DNA of 64,000 nucleotides, from positions 78,740,001-78,804,000 of the forward strand of contig OX597823.1 in assembly GCA_951406725.2 (NCBI GenBank), given 5' to 3'. Every line of letters begins with the position of its first letter. Position 1 is the stretch's first letter. Shown in pieces: positions 41,415-55,979 of the stretch. The notes beneath the pieces were generated by a model, which made no database searches, was not told the DNA's origin, and saw nothing but the letters and a program-made list of their open reading frames with translations. Both the position numbers and the translations under genes were made by a program. Source of the DNA: Octopus vulgaris. Lineage: Eukaryota.

Positions 41415-42281
41415 CATAGTCATCCGTTTCATCCGTTGTATATTGGAACATTTCATCCGTTAAAAACTCGTGGAATATTTCCAGTGGCGAACTTCCAGGT
41501 TCAAGGTTTGCTTTTATGCCAGCGTACAAGCAAACCCATGCCGTCGGACGAAATTGTCTCTCGCTCACCACACGAAATTCTGTTGTCCAGGTTCACTCAC
41601 TGCTGCCCGTCTGTACCTTTGATTCACCGGAGTATCATCATCGCTGTCTGAACTAGGAAAATACTCACTCTCTGAGTCATCGTCTGAATCGGAAGAAACA
41701 ACTGATGAAGTGGTGGAGCTTGGTGTAACTTGGCGCGACGATCGTAAAATTCGACGAAACAAATCGTGACGGCGAAGTTGGCAGAGCCGGAGTGGCAAGA
41801 TGCGGCGACGATGCTGAAAGAACCGGAGTAGTAGAAAGTGAGGAAGCAGGAGTGATACGACATGATGACGAAAGTGACGACGCTGGTGTAGTGGGACGTA
41901 ATGACGAAGTCGCTTTGATAGGACGCAACCGTAAATTACGTGCAGGACCAGAAGATTCAGTTGCAGCAAAATCCCTGCAAGCACTTGCAGTACAAGATGA
42001 TGAACGTAGATTGGTTTTAAGTTGATTGGAAGCTATATAACTAATGTCGTATAATCACCAAAACAACAGCTTATATAGAAATTAAGAGTACATCCGGGCT
42101 GTAAATATTTACATGAAACACCTAATGGCCTATCAGTTTGCAGGTGGACAGGTACCAACTCAGGTGACTGGTTCTAAGTCAGGCGATAGGTTCTAAGTCA
42201 GGCGGTGTATAACTACGCCGACCGATTTAAAGCACGTACAAACATTGCGTGCGTAAATTTACGTCAACTGTTTTAAAAGGG
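41415..42281 (-). mobile_element. piggyBac-like 5' remnant
   Basis: Minus-strand terminus TTAA|CCCTTT; acidic SDSDD N-terminus then SPLEIFHEFLTDEMF..DET typical of piggyBac transposases. Confidence 0.7.
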
Positions 42282-42337
42282 TTAATATCATAATTTCATA
42301 ACTATGTATTGTTGGCAATGTTGTGATAATTTCAGAA

Positions 42338-42372
<35 letters not shown>

Positions 42373-42516
42373 AAAAGACAGCAACAGAAGAGATAATAAG
42401 TAATAATGTTTTCTTTGATTTACAAACTGATAGGCTAATCATGGTTGAAACGTCTTTTGACCAGAGATCTACTTGTTCAGCGTTTAAGCAATAAAGACAA
42501 TAGTACTAGTATCCAC

Positions 42517-42820
42517 GTAGAGGTACATGGCCTAGAGGTTAGAGCAGCGGACTCGCGGTGGAGGGATCGCGGGTTCGAATCTCAGACCGGGCGATGTGTG
42601 TGTTTATGAGCGAAACACCTAAGCTTCACGCGGCTCCGGTAGAAGGTAATGGCGAACTTCTGTTGACTCTTTCGCCACAACTTTCTCTCACTCTTTCCTC
42701 CTGCATCTTACAGCTCACCTGCGACGGACCGGCGCCCCGTCCAGGTGGGGAACCTATACGCCAAGGAAACCGGGAAACCGGCCCTATGAACCAGGCGTGG
42801 CTCGAGAAGGAACAAACTAA
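42517..42820 (+). mobile_element. SINE family A2
   Basis: tRNA-like head with GGTTCGAATC B-box; homologous to 6708-7005. Confidence 0.88.
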
Positions 42821-43343
42821 CTAGTAGCAACAACTAAAATATCAAAGACAGTAGCAGCCAGAGAAGCAATAGTAGTGGAAGCAACAACAACAAATGATTG
42901 ATTAATATATTTGGTAATTGGAAGCATAAAACTGTCATTTAGAAAATAATTCTGAATGTCTGAAGGAAATTTTGCCGAGAAGGATATTAATGTCAAATTA
43001 CTGGAAAGCAGAAATTGTATTGTAAATAAAGTGACTAATGTCGTAAACAGGTTATTAACTGAAATGGAAGGATTGGCATTTTTAATCTTGTTTAGATCGT
43101 GCTCAAATTTCGTTCAGAATATACGAGCACTATAGAATGATAACCAGGCTCTTGGGGAGCGAAATTTTTGCTAAGAGATCGATACATAATTGTATCTTTA
43201 TTCAGTAACATCCCACGCGTCTGAATCAACAACAGAACTGTATATGACATCACAAGTTTAATTTTGTTTTCCTCTTCTTATGTTGGTAGTTCTGACGGAG
43301 GTTTGGGTTCTACGTCTTGTAGCTCTGCATGTATCCGCTAAAC

Positions 43344-43780
43344 CAGTAGTTTCCAAACATTTTCTGCCTATGGAACCTTTTGATTCCTATTTTATTGAGG
43401 GGCTGGGACCGTCATAGGCATTCAACATCTAAAAATCCCTATTTTTATGACTGGATGTTAAATATTGATTTCAGATTTTGGCACAAGGCCACTGGTATGG
43501 GGAAGGGACTAAAGTCGATTACATCGACCTAAGTGCTCAACTGGTACTTATTTTATCGATCCCGAAAGGATGAAAAGTAAAGTGGACCCCGGCGGAACTC
43601 AAAACGTAAAGAAGGACGTGGTGCCGCTAAGCATTCTGCCAGCTCACCGCGTTGATTAAATATTAAATATTATTAGGAATTGTATTAAAAATGGTTAAAT
43701 ATTTTGTGTATTCATATAAATTTTAACAAAATCTTATTTGGACTCCCAAGGGCCATGTGGGCCGCGGCTGAGAACCATTT
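43344..43780. mobile_element. hAT-type MITE with nested SINE B (about 43465-43650, minus)
   Basis: Ends cagtagtttccaaac / gctgagaaccattt; 8-bp TSD cgctaaac / tgctaaac. Confidence 0.7.
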
Positions 43781-44778
43781 TGCTAAACTATAACTGCCAT
43801 ATACAGTTCTCTTGTTGATTCAGTGGCGTGGGGTGTTACTGAACAATGATAGAACTGTGAATTGATCTCTTAGCGAAAACTTCGCCCCCCCCCAACAACC
43901 TGGTTACCATTCTATTGTGCTCGTATGATCTGAACGAAATATAAAAATGTAGGAATTAAGAAATACACACACACACACATACATACACATACATATATAT
44001 ATATTCATACATACATACACGCAAACACACAAGTACACACACACACACACACACACACACCAACGCACCAACGGACACACAAATATTTATGTTTATAAAA
44101 TGAATCAAATATAGCTGTGTTAAAATACGGATAAATACTGTCTATAATTACCTGTTACCATATCTGGACATCTGTCGCAGTAAGCTAAGGTGAGAATGTA
44201 AAGTACAAACTAGAATAGAATCTCTAAAACAAAGAAGAAGGAAAAAAAGAACAAAAAACTTGTTTAAAAAAGATTTTCTTAGTAATTAGGCTAATCATAG
44301 TGTGAAAGTATGTTGTGTACGTGATTAATTACAACAGCATCATGTGGCAAGATTTAAACAGTTATTAGGGATAAATCGTTATCATTATAATGCATAGACC
44401 ACAAATAAATTAGTCACTGGTCATCACTGTAGAGACAATTCTCGTATTCAAGTAATATATTACCTTGACAGTGTAATCCTGCGCGCGATGAGTTTAAATT
44501 TAATGTAAGATTCAATACTTCATATCATTCATCAACATGCAACACATTATGAGAATTAGAAACGAGGCTCTAATGACAATGCTGTCAGGTTATGAGTGGT
44601 GGAGCCGATGTAATTTAAATTCTGTATGAGAACTCCATCAGAGGTCTTGAACTCTTTTGCTAACAAATAACCTCCCATTTTGTTATATTTATCCAAGTAT
44701 GCACTTCCACTGCTTTAGTATTAGTTATCATTCAAGGTGCACACACACACACACATACATGTATGAATGTATATATTA

Positions 44779-44812
<34 letters not shown>

Positions 44813-44840
44813 TGATAGATACGCATACAAACACACACAA

Positions 44841-45010
44841 GCATAGGTGTGACTGTGTGGCAAGAATGTGGCTTCCCGACCATACGGTTCCGTGTTCAGT
44901 ACCACTGCATGACAGCTTGTGCGAGTGTCTTCTATAGCACTGGGCCAACCACAGTCTTGTGAATGGATTTGACAGACAGAAATTTCTCTCTCTCTTTCTC
45001 TCTCTCATTC

Positions 45011-45069
<59 letters not shown>

Positions 45070-45660
45070 CATACAGTGTACATTTAAACACATTAGGAAT
45101 CCCACTCGTGGGATTCAACACGCTAGAAAGAACAGCTAGGTTCTATAACCACAAAAATTAGGGATAAAATTCGACATGAAACGAAATGAAAAAATAAAAA
45201 CATGTTACCATCAAGTTTCCTGTACCAATTGGTTTCTGATTTTCGTTTAGCAAGTAAACAACATTTACTCGCGAAGTGAAATCGTCTTCAACAGGTACAC
45301 CTTGGGTTAAATATATAAATACGAGGCGATCAGACTATGTACCTCTTGTTTATACATCCTAATCTTTTCAAAATCTACTGCGTAGACGCAGCCCTTCGCC
45401 GTCCTTCTCCCCACTCTTTCTCTCTCTCTCTCTATATATATATTTCTGTTAAATATGTGTGTGTGTGTGTGTGTGGTGGTAACCAGAATTGGTTTGTTTA
45501 CGTCGATGTAATCTAGCAGTCCGGCAAACAAGACCGATAGAATTAGTACTGAGCTTTAAAAATAAGTACAGAGGTCGATTTGTTCGGTCAAAGCCCCTTC
45601 ACGGTGGTGGTGCCCCAGCATGGCTGTAGTTCAAAGACTGAATGGAGTAAAAATTAAATG
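44841..45660 (+). mobile_element. Old SINE family C head (44841-44982) and tail (about 45455-45660) separated by other sequence
   Basis: Diverged head and ggtggtgccccagcatggctgtag tail. Confidence 0.55.
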
Positions 45661-47301
45661 GAAACACACACACAAACACACACACACATACACACATGCT
45701 CACATACACACACACGCACGCATACACATATACAAATGCACACACATGTACACAAACGCTCACATAAACTCTCACGTACACACACATGTATAGGCACAGA
45801 ATAGAGAGACAACTACTCACAGAACTTGAATTATTCAGGTAGAACTCACTGAAAAACGTTGCTTTGCTGTTTAGTCAGCAGCCAAAGCTTTCTAATTGCA
45901 CTTTACCATGGTCACTGATATACGAAATGAATGGTTGATCACAGGCGAAATACTTTTAATCATGGGTATAATTGATTATACATTAACTGTAATTACAAAC
46001 ATCAACATCAATACCCACATACAAACACATGAATTAATGCCCACTGCTAATTATTCGCTGATTAACGTCCTTGTGATTTGCTTTTAAATATCAAAAATAT
46101 TTAACCACTATTAGACACTTATAATATATCAGATCTTAGTAGTTAATGTGTGAATGATTACTCAAAGGGTCTTTTATCTTTCACTTCGTTTCAGTCATTG
46201 AACTGTGGCCATGCTGGAGACACTACCGTAAAATGTTTAGTCGATTGAATCACTATTACCATTTTTTAAAGTCTGGGTCTCATTCTGTCAAGTGACTCAA
46301 ACACATGCAAATATATGCATACATACATATATATGTGTGTGTATGTGTGTGTGTGTATGTATTTATATTTATAAATGTAAATATTTGTACAGAGAAAGCA
46401 TTGTCCAAACAAATACAGTTATACTCTTTATCATGTACAGAGTACTTTTTCTCTTTTCGTTATTAACAACTTTATGTAAACGTGCGCTGATGCACTCTTT
46501 TCCGTTTGTGTATCTACATGTGTATAACATGTGTGAAGTGTATGTATGTGCGTATGCATGTGCGTGTATGTATGTGTGTGTATGTATATATGTATGCATG
46601 TATCTGTGTGTATGTATGCATGTATGTATGACTATTCATACATCTGCGTATGACATTAATTCATTAATTGACTTCCGTATACAGTGACATCTGTTCTGTA
46701 AAAAGAGATGAACTTGATATAGTTTGATCTCTTTTACCTCGTATTAAAAATAAATTCATTATTGCGAGTGCTACGAACCTCCACTTAATGGAAACTGAGA
46801 TCAAGAATAGATAAAATTTCACTGAAAACGGAGATTGTGTGAAGACACAACAAAAATTTATTCAGTTCATATTACATACGTCTCCGAGCTCTTTCCATAT
46901 GTAGAACGAAAAATTACATGCACAATATACGAATACTATACTGATCCTTACAAAGTTATAAATGGCTTTTCGAAAACAGGAACTGAAAATTAGTTTTAAT
47001 TCTCGGATGAGACTACTTGACTTGAAATACCAAAGTACTCACAAAAAAGGCTTTAACGCCGCCATTTCTGCTTCTCTTTAAAATTCAGACTGAGAATATC
47101 TATGTCTAATGTGAAAACAAAGAAAACAGAAAAAAAGATGAATAAGAAAGAAGTGCTGACTGACTGGAACTGTCGTCCACCAGAACAGTGACTGAAAATA
47201 CACATTACTTGTTAATTCCGGATTTTAATACTTACGTACATATTTTACGTAATTTAATAAGATTTTCATATATATGTATATATACATGCATGTACATATG
47301 G

Positions 47302-47334
<33 letters not shown>

Positions 47335-48105
47335 TGTATGTATGTATGTATGTATGTATGCATGTATGTATGTATATATATAAATATATATGTGTGTGTG
47401 TGTATTCAGAAAATGGAGCAAAATTCAAATAAAAAGACAAAACAATTGGACCACATCTAAAGCTTATTATTTATTACTAAACATGACATAACATTTAAGT
47501 GACATAACAGTTCTTACGGCCGCTTCGGCTTCCGATGCCATTCAGTGCCTACAAAGCATTTCATAGTACATTCGGACTATAACACGGAGCTTCATCAGAA
47601 CTAATGCAAAACTGCCCAAATAAACAAAAGGAAGAGGGAATAGGAAAGAAAACATGGCCTAGAGAAGACATCTGGAAGCCCAATATATTAAAAAAAAACA
47701 ATCTTCCATCTTAGGGTTTCGAAGTCAGCAAGTACCATAAAAAAATGCTTTAGTTGATGTCCAGTTGCTTTGTTTCTTCATCTGAGTTTTTATCCATTTT
47801 CTGATTATTTATATTTGATTATAATTATCGCAGCAGTTGCAAAGTTGCAAGGTATTTACAATTACATATTTACCCTTAAATTAACCTTTAAAACATGTAC
47901 TTAATATATATATATATATTAAAAAAAAATATCTATAACAATTATTGTGGTATTTACTGTTAAATTAGTAGTTCATACATGTGCTTATATTTGTTTAACT
48001 TATACTGCATACAAATATAAAGACATACTACATACAAACAACTGCTTACATGTATATTTTCTTTTCTATGTTCATAATTTTTTGTTTACAATATTGAAAA
48101 AAAAA

Positions 48106-49413
48106 ATGCCGCCAAAGAAAAGACGGAATCTCTCCAGAAACAAGTATAAAGCAAAGGAGATTATAAATAACCGAAGGGGAGAGTCTCAAGAGAGAAGGGA
48201 GAATAGTAAATTCATATTGCAGCATGTCAAATGGGGTTTCAATACAGAAGGGGGCTGAAACTTTCTCAAAATCAGCAAACGCATGCTGCAGCACATCTAA
48301 TGGAGTCTCAAGACAGAAGCAAGATAATACTTCCTCAAGATCAGCAAATGCATACTGCAGTATCATATGAGGTTTCAATACAGAAGGGTAGATAAAACTT
48401 TCCCAATATCAGCAAACACATGCTGCAGTACATCAAATGGAGAATGAAGTGAGAAGGGAGATGAGACTTACCCAAAATCAGCAAATGAATGCTGTAGCAC
48501 GTCAGACGGAGTCTCAAGAGAGAAGCGAGACGCGGCTTACCCAATATCAGCCAATTCATGTGCAACACCTAATGCTGGATATTAGAACAACGTTTTAATG
48601 ATTAGACAGAGGTCCAAAAGAATAGCTCTGAGAAACAGACTACGTACAAATTTTTTCTTCACAACTCCTGGGGCTGCTTTCAAATATGATCCATCCCATT
48701 CTTATAAAAATGAGGGTTTGGTTCAAATTGGTGTGCTAAACTCAAATTGTCGTTTCTGCAAAGCTTTAAAATTCTTAAATGAAACAAATGGTACGTGCTG
48801 CTCAGGTGGTAAGGTAAGATTACTAGCACTACCAGTTCCTCCTCAACTTCTTATGGATCTTCTGGAAGGTACTTCCATCCAATCAAAGGATTTTCTGAAC
48901 AGTATCAGACAATACAACTCTGCATTTCAAATGACATCGTTTGGTGCATCTAAGAAGATAGTTGAACATGGATTTACGCCGACGTTCAAAGTTCAAGGGC
49001 AAGTCTATTACCTAATTGGTTCCCTATTACCTACAAAGGAACAACTACAGATCCTCCAAATTTACTTTATTATTGATGTAGGACAACAAACCCGAAGGAG
49101 GTGCCAAAATCTCAGACGATATGGTCGTGTTAGACGCAGCGCCGACTGCCGCAAAGAAGAGTATATACATTGATAGTTTTCCAGTGCGTTCAAAAATCAC
49201 ATAACCCAACCCCAATTTTCCATGACAGGTTAGGGCCTGGAATACGCCAAACGGACGCATGGCATATCGCTTAGTCGAACTAGCCCGTCATTTACTCCAC
49301 AAATGTGTTGTCGAGAATACTTCACTTTCCCGTATCACCTGTTTCAACACAACTGAAATAAATATACAAACTATGCCATATTAATCCCGAGCAATGCCGG
49401 CTATCTCTGCTAG
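48106..49413 (+). mobile_element. Helitron remnant: RepHel N-terminal region plus 3' terminus
   Basis: ORF 48598-49173 has C..CKALKF..E...CCSGGKV, FLNSIRQYNSAFQMTSFG and FKVQGQVY motifs; ends cccgagcaatgccgg..CTAG at 49413. 5' boundary not located. Confidence 0.88.
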
Positions 49414-49448
49414 CATATATATATATATATAGGGGGGGAGGGGAAGAA

Positions 49449-49628
49449 TTCCCCCAAAAGAAAAGACGAAGATAGGTGGTGTAGACAACAAACAGATGTA
49501 TTAGTATAACGCTTAAGAAGTGAAAAAGTCTTTAACGATTCGAGCCTAGGCTCTTCTACAGAAAAGAACACAAAGAAGCAAGAAGAGAAAATAAAGAATG
49601 TGTAGTGGCTAGCGATCTATCATGGCGA
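49449..49628 (-). mobile_element. About 180-bp element with variant minimal hammerhead
   Basis: Minus strand ttt-CTGTAGA-a-gagc-ctag-gctc-GAATCGTTA-aag at about 49530-49565; between TA-type repeats. Confidence 0.55.
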
Positions 49629-49633
49629 ATATA

Positions 49634-49669
<36 letters not shown>

Positions 49670-49694
49670 TATATATATGTATATGTATGTATGA

Positions 49695-49725
<31 letters not shown>

Positions 49726-49825
49726 AATCTGTCTACATCTATCAATCTATCTATTTATCTATCTGTCTACATCTATCTATCTTTCTGTCTATGTGTATGT
49801 GTGTGTTGTGTGTGTGTGTATATGT

Positions 49826-49868
<43 letters not shown>

Positions 49869-50508
49869 TGTGTTTTATGCTTATGTTTGGTGATACAACC
49901 AGAATAAATGCCAATAAATGAAACTTTGTCGATTAAATAAAAAAATATATATTTCATATTCTAGATTCGGAGTTTAACTCACACCTATGAAACTATATTT
50001 TTGTTTCATCCACTGGCAATAAAACCAATATTAATAGCACCAGTATTGATTCATTTGGTCGTTTATCCATACCACCTATAAATATAACCAGCGGCTCATT
50101 AAAAAAATATACAAAAACTTTTAAACCATGTCTGTCCACAGACAACCTAAATCATTGAACGAAATAACTTAAAGCAATAAGACATGGTTTTCGTTTTAAC
50201 TCTACTGTCGTCAAAATTATGTTTCATTCCTTCAAACTAAGAATATCCAATAAATTAAGTTTGGTGGCAGGAATTTATATTCTTTTAATCAGAAAAACAC
50301 ATGCATTAAAATATATGACGTAAAAAAAAAAAAGAAATGAATCAAAATTTGACGAATGAGAAATATAGTTTCTGTTTATGGTTTATAGGAGGATTAAGAA
50401 CTTCGCTTGGAGACGACATGGTATCAAGTTCTATCTCACAAAGTGGTACATTACCGAAGAATCATTGTTTATAGTGTGACATGGAATAAAAGAATTAAAG
50501 AATATATA

Positions 50509-52626
50509 CTATCAGACGCACTCGTCCTTTGGACGGTGTAATCTTTATATATAAAAGTAAGGTTGTGTGTCTGTCTCCTACGATTTAGATTCCTAACTAC
50601 TCCCACATTTTGCGGTGCAGTTTAACCAAAACCGGGTATCTTATAGTCATGATTCATATCGAGCCCTTCTGTGTATTAGCGCGCGTCTACGATGAGTCTA
50701 CGATTAAAAAAAAAAAAATTACCATCAATGTTTCCCATTTTTAATGCATTTTTGGCATATATAAGGGAAGTAACTCTCTAAAAATTTATTAAATCTCAGA
50801 ACGTAAAAAGCTACAGTAACACCCCTCCCTTTGTGGTTAGCCATATTGAGATGGCTATTATACTTTACATCTCTAAAAATGCTTATATAGTTATTTCCCT
50901 TACAAACCCGAGCAACGCCGGGCGATACTGCTAGTTTATTATAATGGCGCACTCCTTTTGACGGTTTAAATTGAATTAGCCCGCCGTTAGAAGTCGTTTC
51001 AAGCTGATAAAATTACCAATTTCGTTAGCAGTTTATTATATGGTATTAAGCAACCTAAGTAATGAATAAAGTTTTTTGAACACAAATTTAGTAGTTAGTA
51101 ATAAATGAAAGTCCATGAAATGAGATCGCAATTGCAGTGTACATTAAGGATTTTATATCTCACTTGAAGGGTTTTTTTGCATGCTGTTATTTTAGTCGTA
51201 ATGCCTGACGCAACCGCATTGAAGCTTTTTTCAATGACAGTCATGTATTTTTTTTTTTGTTTTTGCTGTAGTTTCAGCTCATAACTGCAGTCATGCTGAT
51301 GCACTGCCGATGATAAACAAAAGCAAACATTTATAGCAAACGCACAAATACAATAATGGCATGTACAAAAATAAATTTCAGTGCATGTTTATGAGCGAAT
51401 AGTGTGCGGGAAGTTAGAAGGGTCATTGAAGGTAATGTACTGTTAACAACAATCACGGAAATGAAGAAAAATATCAACGAAATTCTTGTAGGAGGTCTGA
51501 TTGCTAATGGCTACAGTTTGGCGTAGATGTGAAAATTGCAGTAGAGGTATAACTACCGTAAGGCTGCTTTGTAGACTACATTTTTAGTTTTTTCTTCAGG
51601 TGCATAGATGGATAAGTTGTCAGGATGGCCAATTCTGGAAAAGCCGACTTAGAACTGTCCATGTGAAAAGCATGATGTCCGAAGGTCCAATCCGGCAACT
51701 TTCAACGATTGACCTTGCACTTTGTTAATTGTCATGACCAACCGGGTACACAGCAGTTGAGATGACTCGGTAGCCCTTGCAGCTGAAGCATTTTTGGCAG
51801 GACGCACCAACTGGATAGTCCGTTGTTCAGGTGACTCGGTATCCATGGCGGCAGCAATAATTGCAGCAAGACGCTTTCAGTGGGCCACAAGCTCTTCTTC
51901 AAACTTTGAAGCCTTAACGGTTGCAAGAGTTGCAGGTGCGTGTACTGCACGGACAGCAACATCGTAAACAGCCGGCTGGGACAGTCTGTGGGGCCTCTAG
52001 TCCTGAGGTTCATTATCCCGATACCTTCTGGCTATGACGGCAGCGTGGGACAGTCTACCAATGTGAGTTCTCTTTTTCCAAGGTGGCATTGCAGGATTAT
52101 CTGCAAAGTGGAGATAGAGTGGGTTGGTTAAGTCGAATGCCTGAATTATGTTTGTCGTACTATTGTTTGCTGAGTGGGTTTAGAAAATTGTCACAACGAC
52201 CTTAGGAAGGGTTGAGATTTTTGAGCCTAAGGGCATTCTAGCTAAACATTGTCTTCAGGTATTTAAAAATAATTAAAAGTTGATTTAAATTGCACGGCTA
52301 CCTCAAGGAAGTGCTAAAGTGCAAATATCAGCGGCTGTGGTAGAAGACGAAATGAAAGTAGCATAACTACGTCATCAAAAGTAATGTCCCTTCAAGCAAC
52401 GATCATTGGTATTAGTTATTTAACTATGTGATGGTGTTTTCGTCCCCTAGGGGCGGCATTACTCATTATGTCGAAAACGTGAAGAGTTTATGACCATCTC
52501 TGGAACATATGTGGTGTATGTTCCTAGCGTGAACTGAATCGGAAGAAAAATATTGATTTTAAAGGGGATCAAGAAAGAGGCCTGTACACAAGCGCGCGCG
52601 CACACACACGCACACACACGCACACA

Positions 52627-52660
<34 letters not shown>

Positions 52661-52685
52661 TTTTCCGTTTTATTATATATATAGA
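50509..52685 (-). mobile_element. Internally deleted Helitron
   Basis: 5' TCTATATATATAATAAAA; coding remnant 51553-52089 with MTINKVQGQSL..GLDL..CFSHGQ PIF1 helicase motifs; 3' hairpin cgtccaaaggacg then ATAG. Confidence 0.75.
50542..50934 (+). mobile_element. Non-autonomous Helitron, copy 2 (different middle)
   Basis: A|TC start, CCCGAGCAACGCCGGG hairpin, CTAG|T end. Confidence 0.88.
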
Positions 52686-53808
52686 TATATTGCGTTTAGT
52701 TTTATTCCCCTTATGTTCTGTACAAAGAAGTGAACTTGGTCTTCCCACTTTACAGATCCGGTTAAATAACTATTAATTTGTTGCCGCCGATAAAATCGAA
52801 TCGACTAAATCCTTTTGAGACGATGCCTCTGAATCACAAGAATGCAAGGATTCAATTTATTTGAATGTTTCACATGATTTACTCTAAAACAAAAACACTA
52901 TTGTTTATCGGAAATTAAATCACGCTACATGTGTGAAAGTGCTTCTATTACACTTTGTTCTTCATGAAATTCATTTTGGTTTCTCACTTCTACAACCAAC
53001 ATATGACACCTGGAATAAAGCTGAGTTGCGTATTTAATAAATGAAGCCACATTTCAAAAAGACAATGTTTCCATTGTTTTAATTATTAATTTTTTGAATA
53101 AAATATAGTTCGTAGAATTTATTGTTTGTGAGATACCAGAGCGGAAAATCACGCAATCATTCCAGCTACGCTCTATCAATAAATTGAACAATGACAAATG
53201 CTACTATTTTGCTGAATTTTTTTTTGTTGGACTAATAGAATACAAGGTATAAATCTTTATAATCTTGGTTCTTGTTGAAAGACCCTGAATAAAGGTGCAC
53301 AGAAAATTATGTTTGGTGGTATGCGCAAATCTACATATTCTGTGCAGCATAAACACGTGTAGGCCAATAGTAGGCCAATAGATTATGGTGTTTGACAAAC
53401 TGTAAAATTAAAAGAGAAGTTTTATGATGTATTAGTCTCTGTATTCTTTATAATTTTGTGAAATCTACATTCCTGATAAAATTCATAATCCAGTGAAGCG
53501 AACACAGAGTTACCCATGAGAAGAATTGCAGCAGGGTTGCTAATACCAAGTGACCATCGAAGCACATTACTACCTGATGCGGTTAACCGTAACAAGAAAC
53601 GTACCTGAAAGCTACCACTGTAACTCTTGGATAAATTGTCCCTTTAAGCTCACCTTATTTATATCTCTCTATACAGAGATATATAGGTATAGATTATATA
53701 GATGTAGATAGGTATATAGAAAGATACAGATATATATGGATTTTAAAGGATATCAAGAAAAAAGGCCTGTACACATACACACACATCCGTTATATATATA
53801 TATATATA

Positions 53809-54311
53809 TCTATATATAAAACTCTAGTTGTGTGAGTGTCTGTCCCTTTCGATTTAGATTCCTAACTCCTCCCACATTTTGCGGTGCAGTTTAACCAAAT
53901 TCGGGTATCTTATAGTCGTGATTCATATCGAGCCCGTCTGACTATTAGCGCGCGTCAACGATGAGTCTACGATTTTAAAAATAATTTAACATCATTTTTT
54001 ATTCCATTTTAATGCATAAAATGCATCGTATGTCGATGGCGGCGGAGTTGGCGTCCACGCTCACAGCTGCACCTGTTTGCTTCTCCCTCTTCCCTCCCTC
54101 GTGAAGCTGTGGGGAAGGAATGTAAAGAAATCAACGTCGTAATGCGTTGTGAAGGAAACCAGCGTTCTTTTAGAACAACGACTTCATGGCTTGAAGACAC
54201 CAAAACAAAAATGGCTAAGAAAGCCCGAATTTATAAGGGAAGTAACTCTCTAAAAATGCTTATATAGTTATTTCCCTTACAAACCCGAGCAACGCCGGGC
54301 GATACTGCTAG
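53809..54311 (+). mobile_element. Non-autonomous Helitron, copy 3
   Basis: A|TC start, hairpin, CTAG|T end; inside a TA run. Confidence 0.9.
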
Positions 54312-54524
54312 TATATATATTTATATATATATATATATAAATAGATGAGTGTATTTTACCTTGTTAACAATTAACACGGAAAAATAAATAAATAGTTACC
54401 AGGGCAGCAAAAAAAGATTGCATTGTTTATACCTTTTATTCTTTTGAATAGTATCAGTGGAATTTTTGAAACATAAGTAGAAAATAAAAATACTTGTTTA
54501 AACCTGCGTTAACTCCATTTTTTA

Positions 54525-54618
<94 letters not shown>

Positions 54619-54625
54619 TACAGTA

Positions 54626-55830
54626 TACAGGGTGCAAGGAGTATTTGAGGACATTTCGTTTTTAGTTCATTACACTTTTAAATTATTTAATGTATAACCC
54701 GTTCAAGACATCATGCTAACTCAAGAAATGAAAAGACATGTAATCATAATTGCTATGCATGCAAACCACAGTGATTTAGAAATAAGAAACATTCTAAGTG
54801 TTGCAAGATCCTTTGTACACAAAACTCGGTTGGAATTGGAGGCATGTGATGGTAATGTTTCACCTGTATCAAAGCGAAAAAGGCATTCACAACGCTCAGA
54901 CACTAAATGGACATTGGAATTTATACATGTTCAAAAAGTTATCGATGAAAACTCCAGAAGATCAATGAGGTCCATTACTAAAGATCTTCGAGTGTCAGAG
55001 TGGACAATGAATAAAAGTCCTATGTAATGATGAAGGACCAATTCGTGTCTGCAAAGACACAGGAAAACAGTCTCATCCGTTCAAAACGGTTACTTAACAA
55101 ATTAAAAAGCCCTCATGAACAAGGCATGCTTTGGATTTTCTCTGACGCAAAAAAGTTTGACCAGGATCAAAGGTCTAACAGAAGAAATAACAGGTGGTTA
55201 TGTGCAGGTCCTTCTGAATTATCCAGAGTGATGCACACGAAATTTCCAGCAACTGTGATGGTTTTAGGAGTGGTGAGTGGTGAAAGTCATGTGATGCCTC
55301 CCCACTTTTTTCCATAGGGTCTTAGAATTAATGCTGCTGGATACATTGAGGTACTGGAAACTATTATCAAGCCCTGTATTGATGAAGTATGCAATGGAAT
55401 GCCATACATGTTTCAACATGTCTCAGTACCTTCCCACAAAGCTCTAGTCACCTAAGAATGGTTGTCAGACAATCTTTACGATTATGTAACACTCAATATG
55501 TGGCCTCCAAACTCGTCAGATTTGAGCCCTATGGACTACTACGTGTGGATCGCTGTCATCTTTTTAATAGTACAGCTTCACTGAAGGCCGCCATTATCCA
55601 AGTGATGTCCGAAATGAATAAGGACCATATGGTGTCAACATGCCAGCGGTTTCGGTCCCGCATTGAAGCAGTTATCAAAGCCAAGAGCGGTTCCATAGAA
55701 TTATTTGCTTAGAAAATCTATATCAAGACTAATTGAACAAAAGTTTATTCAAATACATATTTATGTATGCTGAAATATCGTTGTTTTATTGACTACCACA
55801 ACTGTCCTCAAATACCCTTTGCACCCTGTA
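54626..55830 (+). mobile_element. Near full-length maT (DD37D) transposon, inactivated
   Basis: TIRs tacagggtgcaaggagtatttgaggaca / tgtcctcaaataccctttgcaccctgta; WIFSD; 37 residues between the second catalytic position (mutated to V) and D in WPPNSSDLSPMD; stops and frameshifts. Confidence 0.9.
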
Positions 55831-55943
55831 AATATATATATGTCTGTGTTGTGCGTGGATGCTAAATATGTGCAGCATATATCTGGGGAAGCTAGAACTC
55901 TGTGTGTGTGTATGTGTGTGTATGTGTGTATATGTGTGTATGT

Positions 55944-55976
<33 letters not shown>

Positions 55977-55979
<3 letters not shown>

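Noticed and set aside
42517-42590. tRNA gene
   Set aside because: A/B boxes belong to a SINE head that continues into SINE body; same for the other copies.
54345-54530. TA-flanked island as another hammerhead element
   Set aside because: Context fits but no complete core on either strand.
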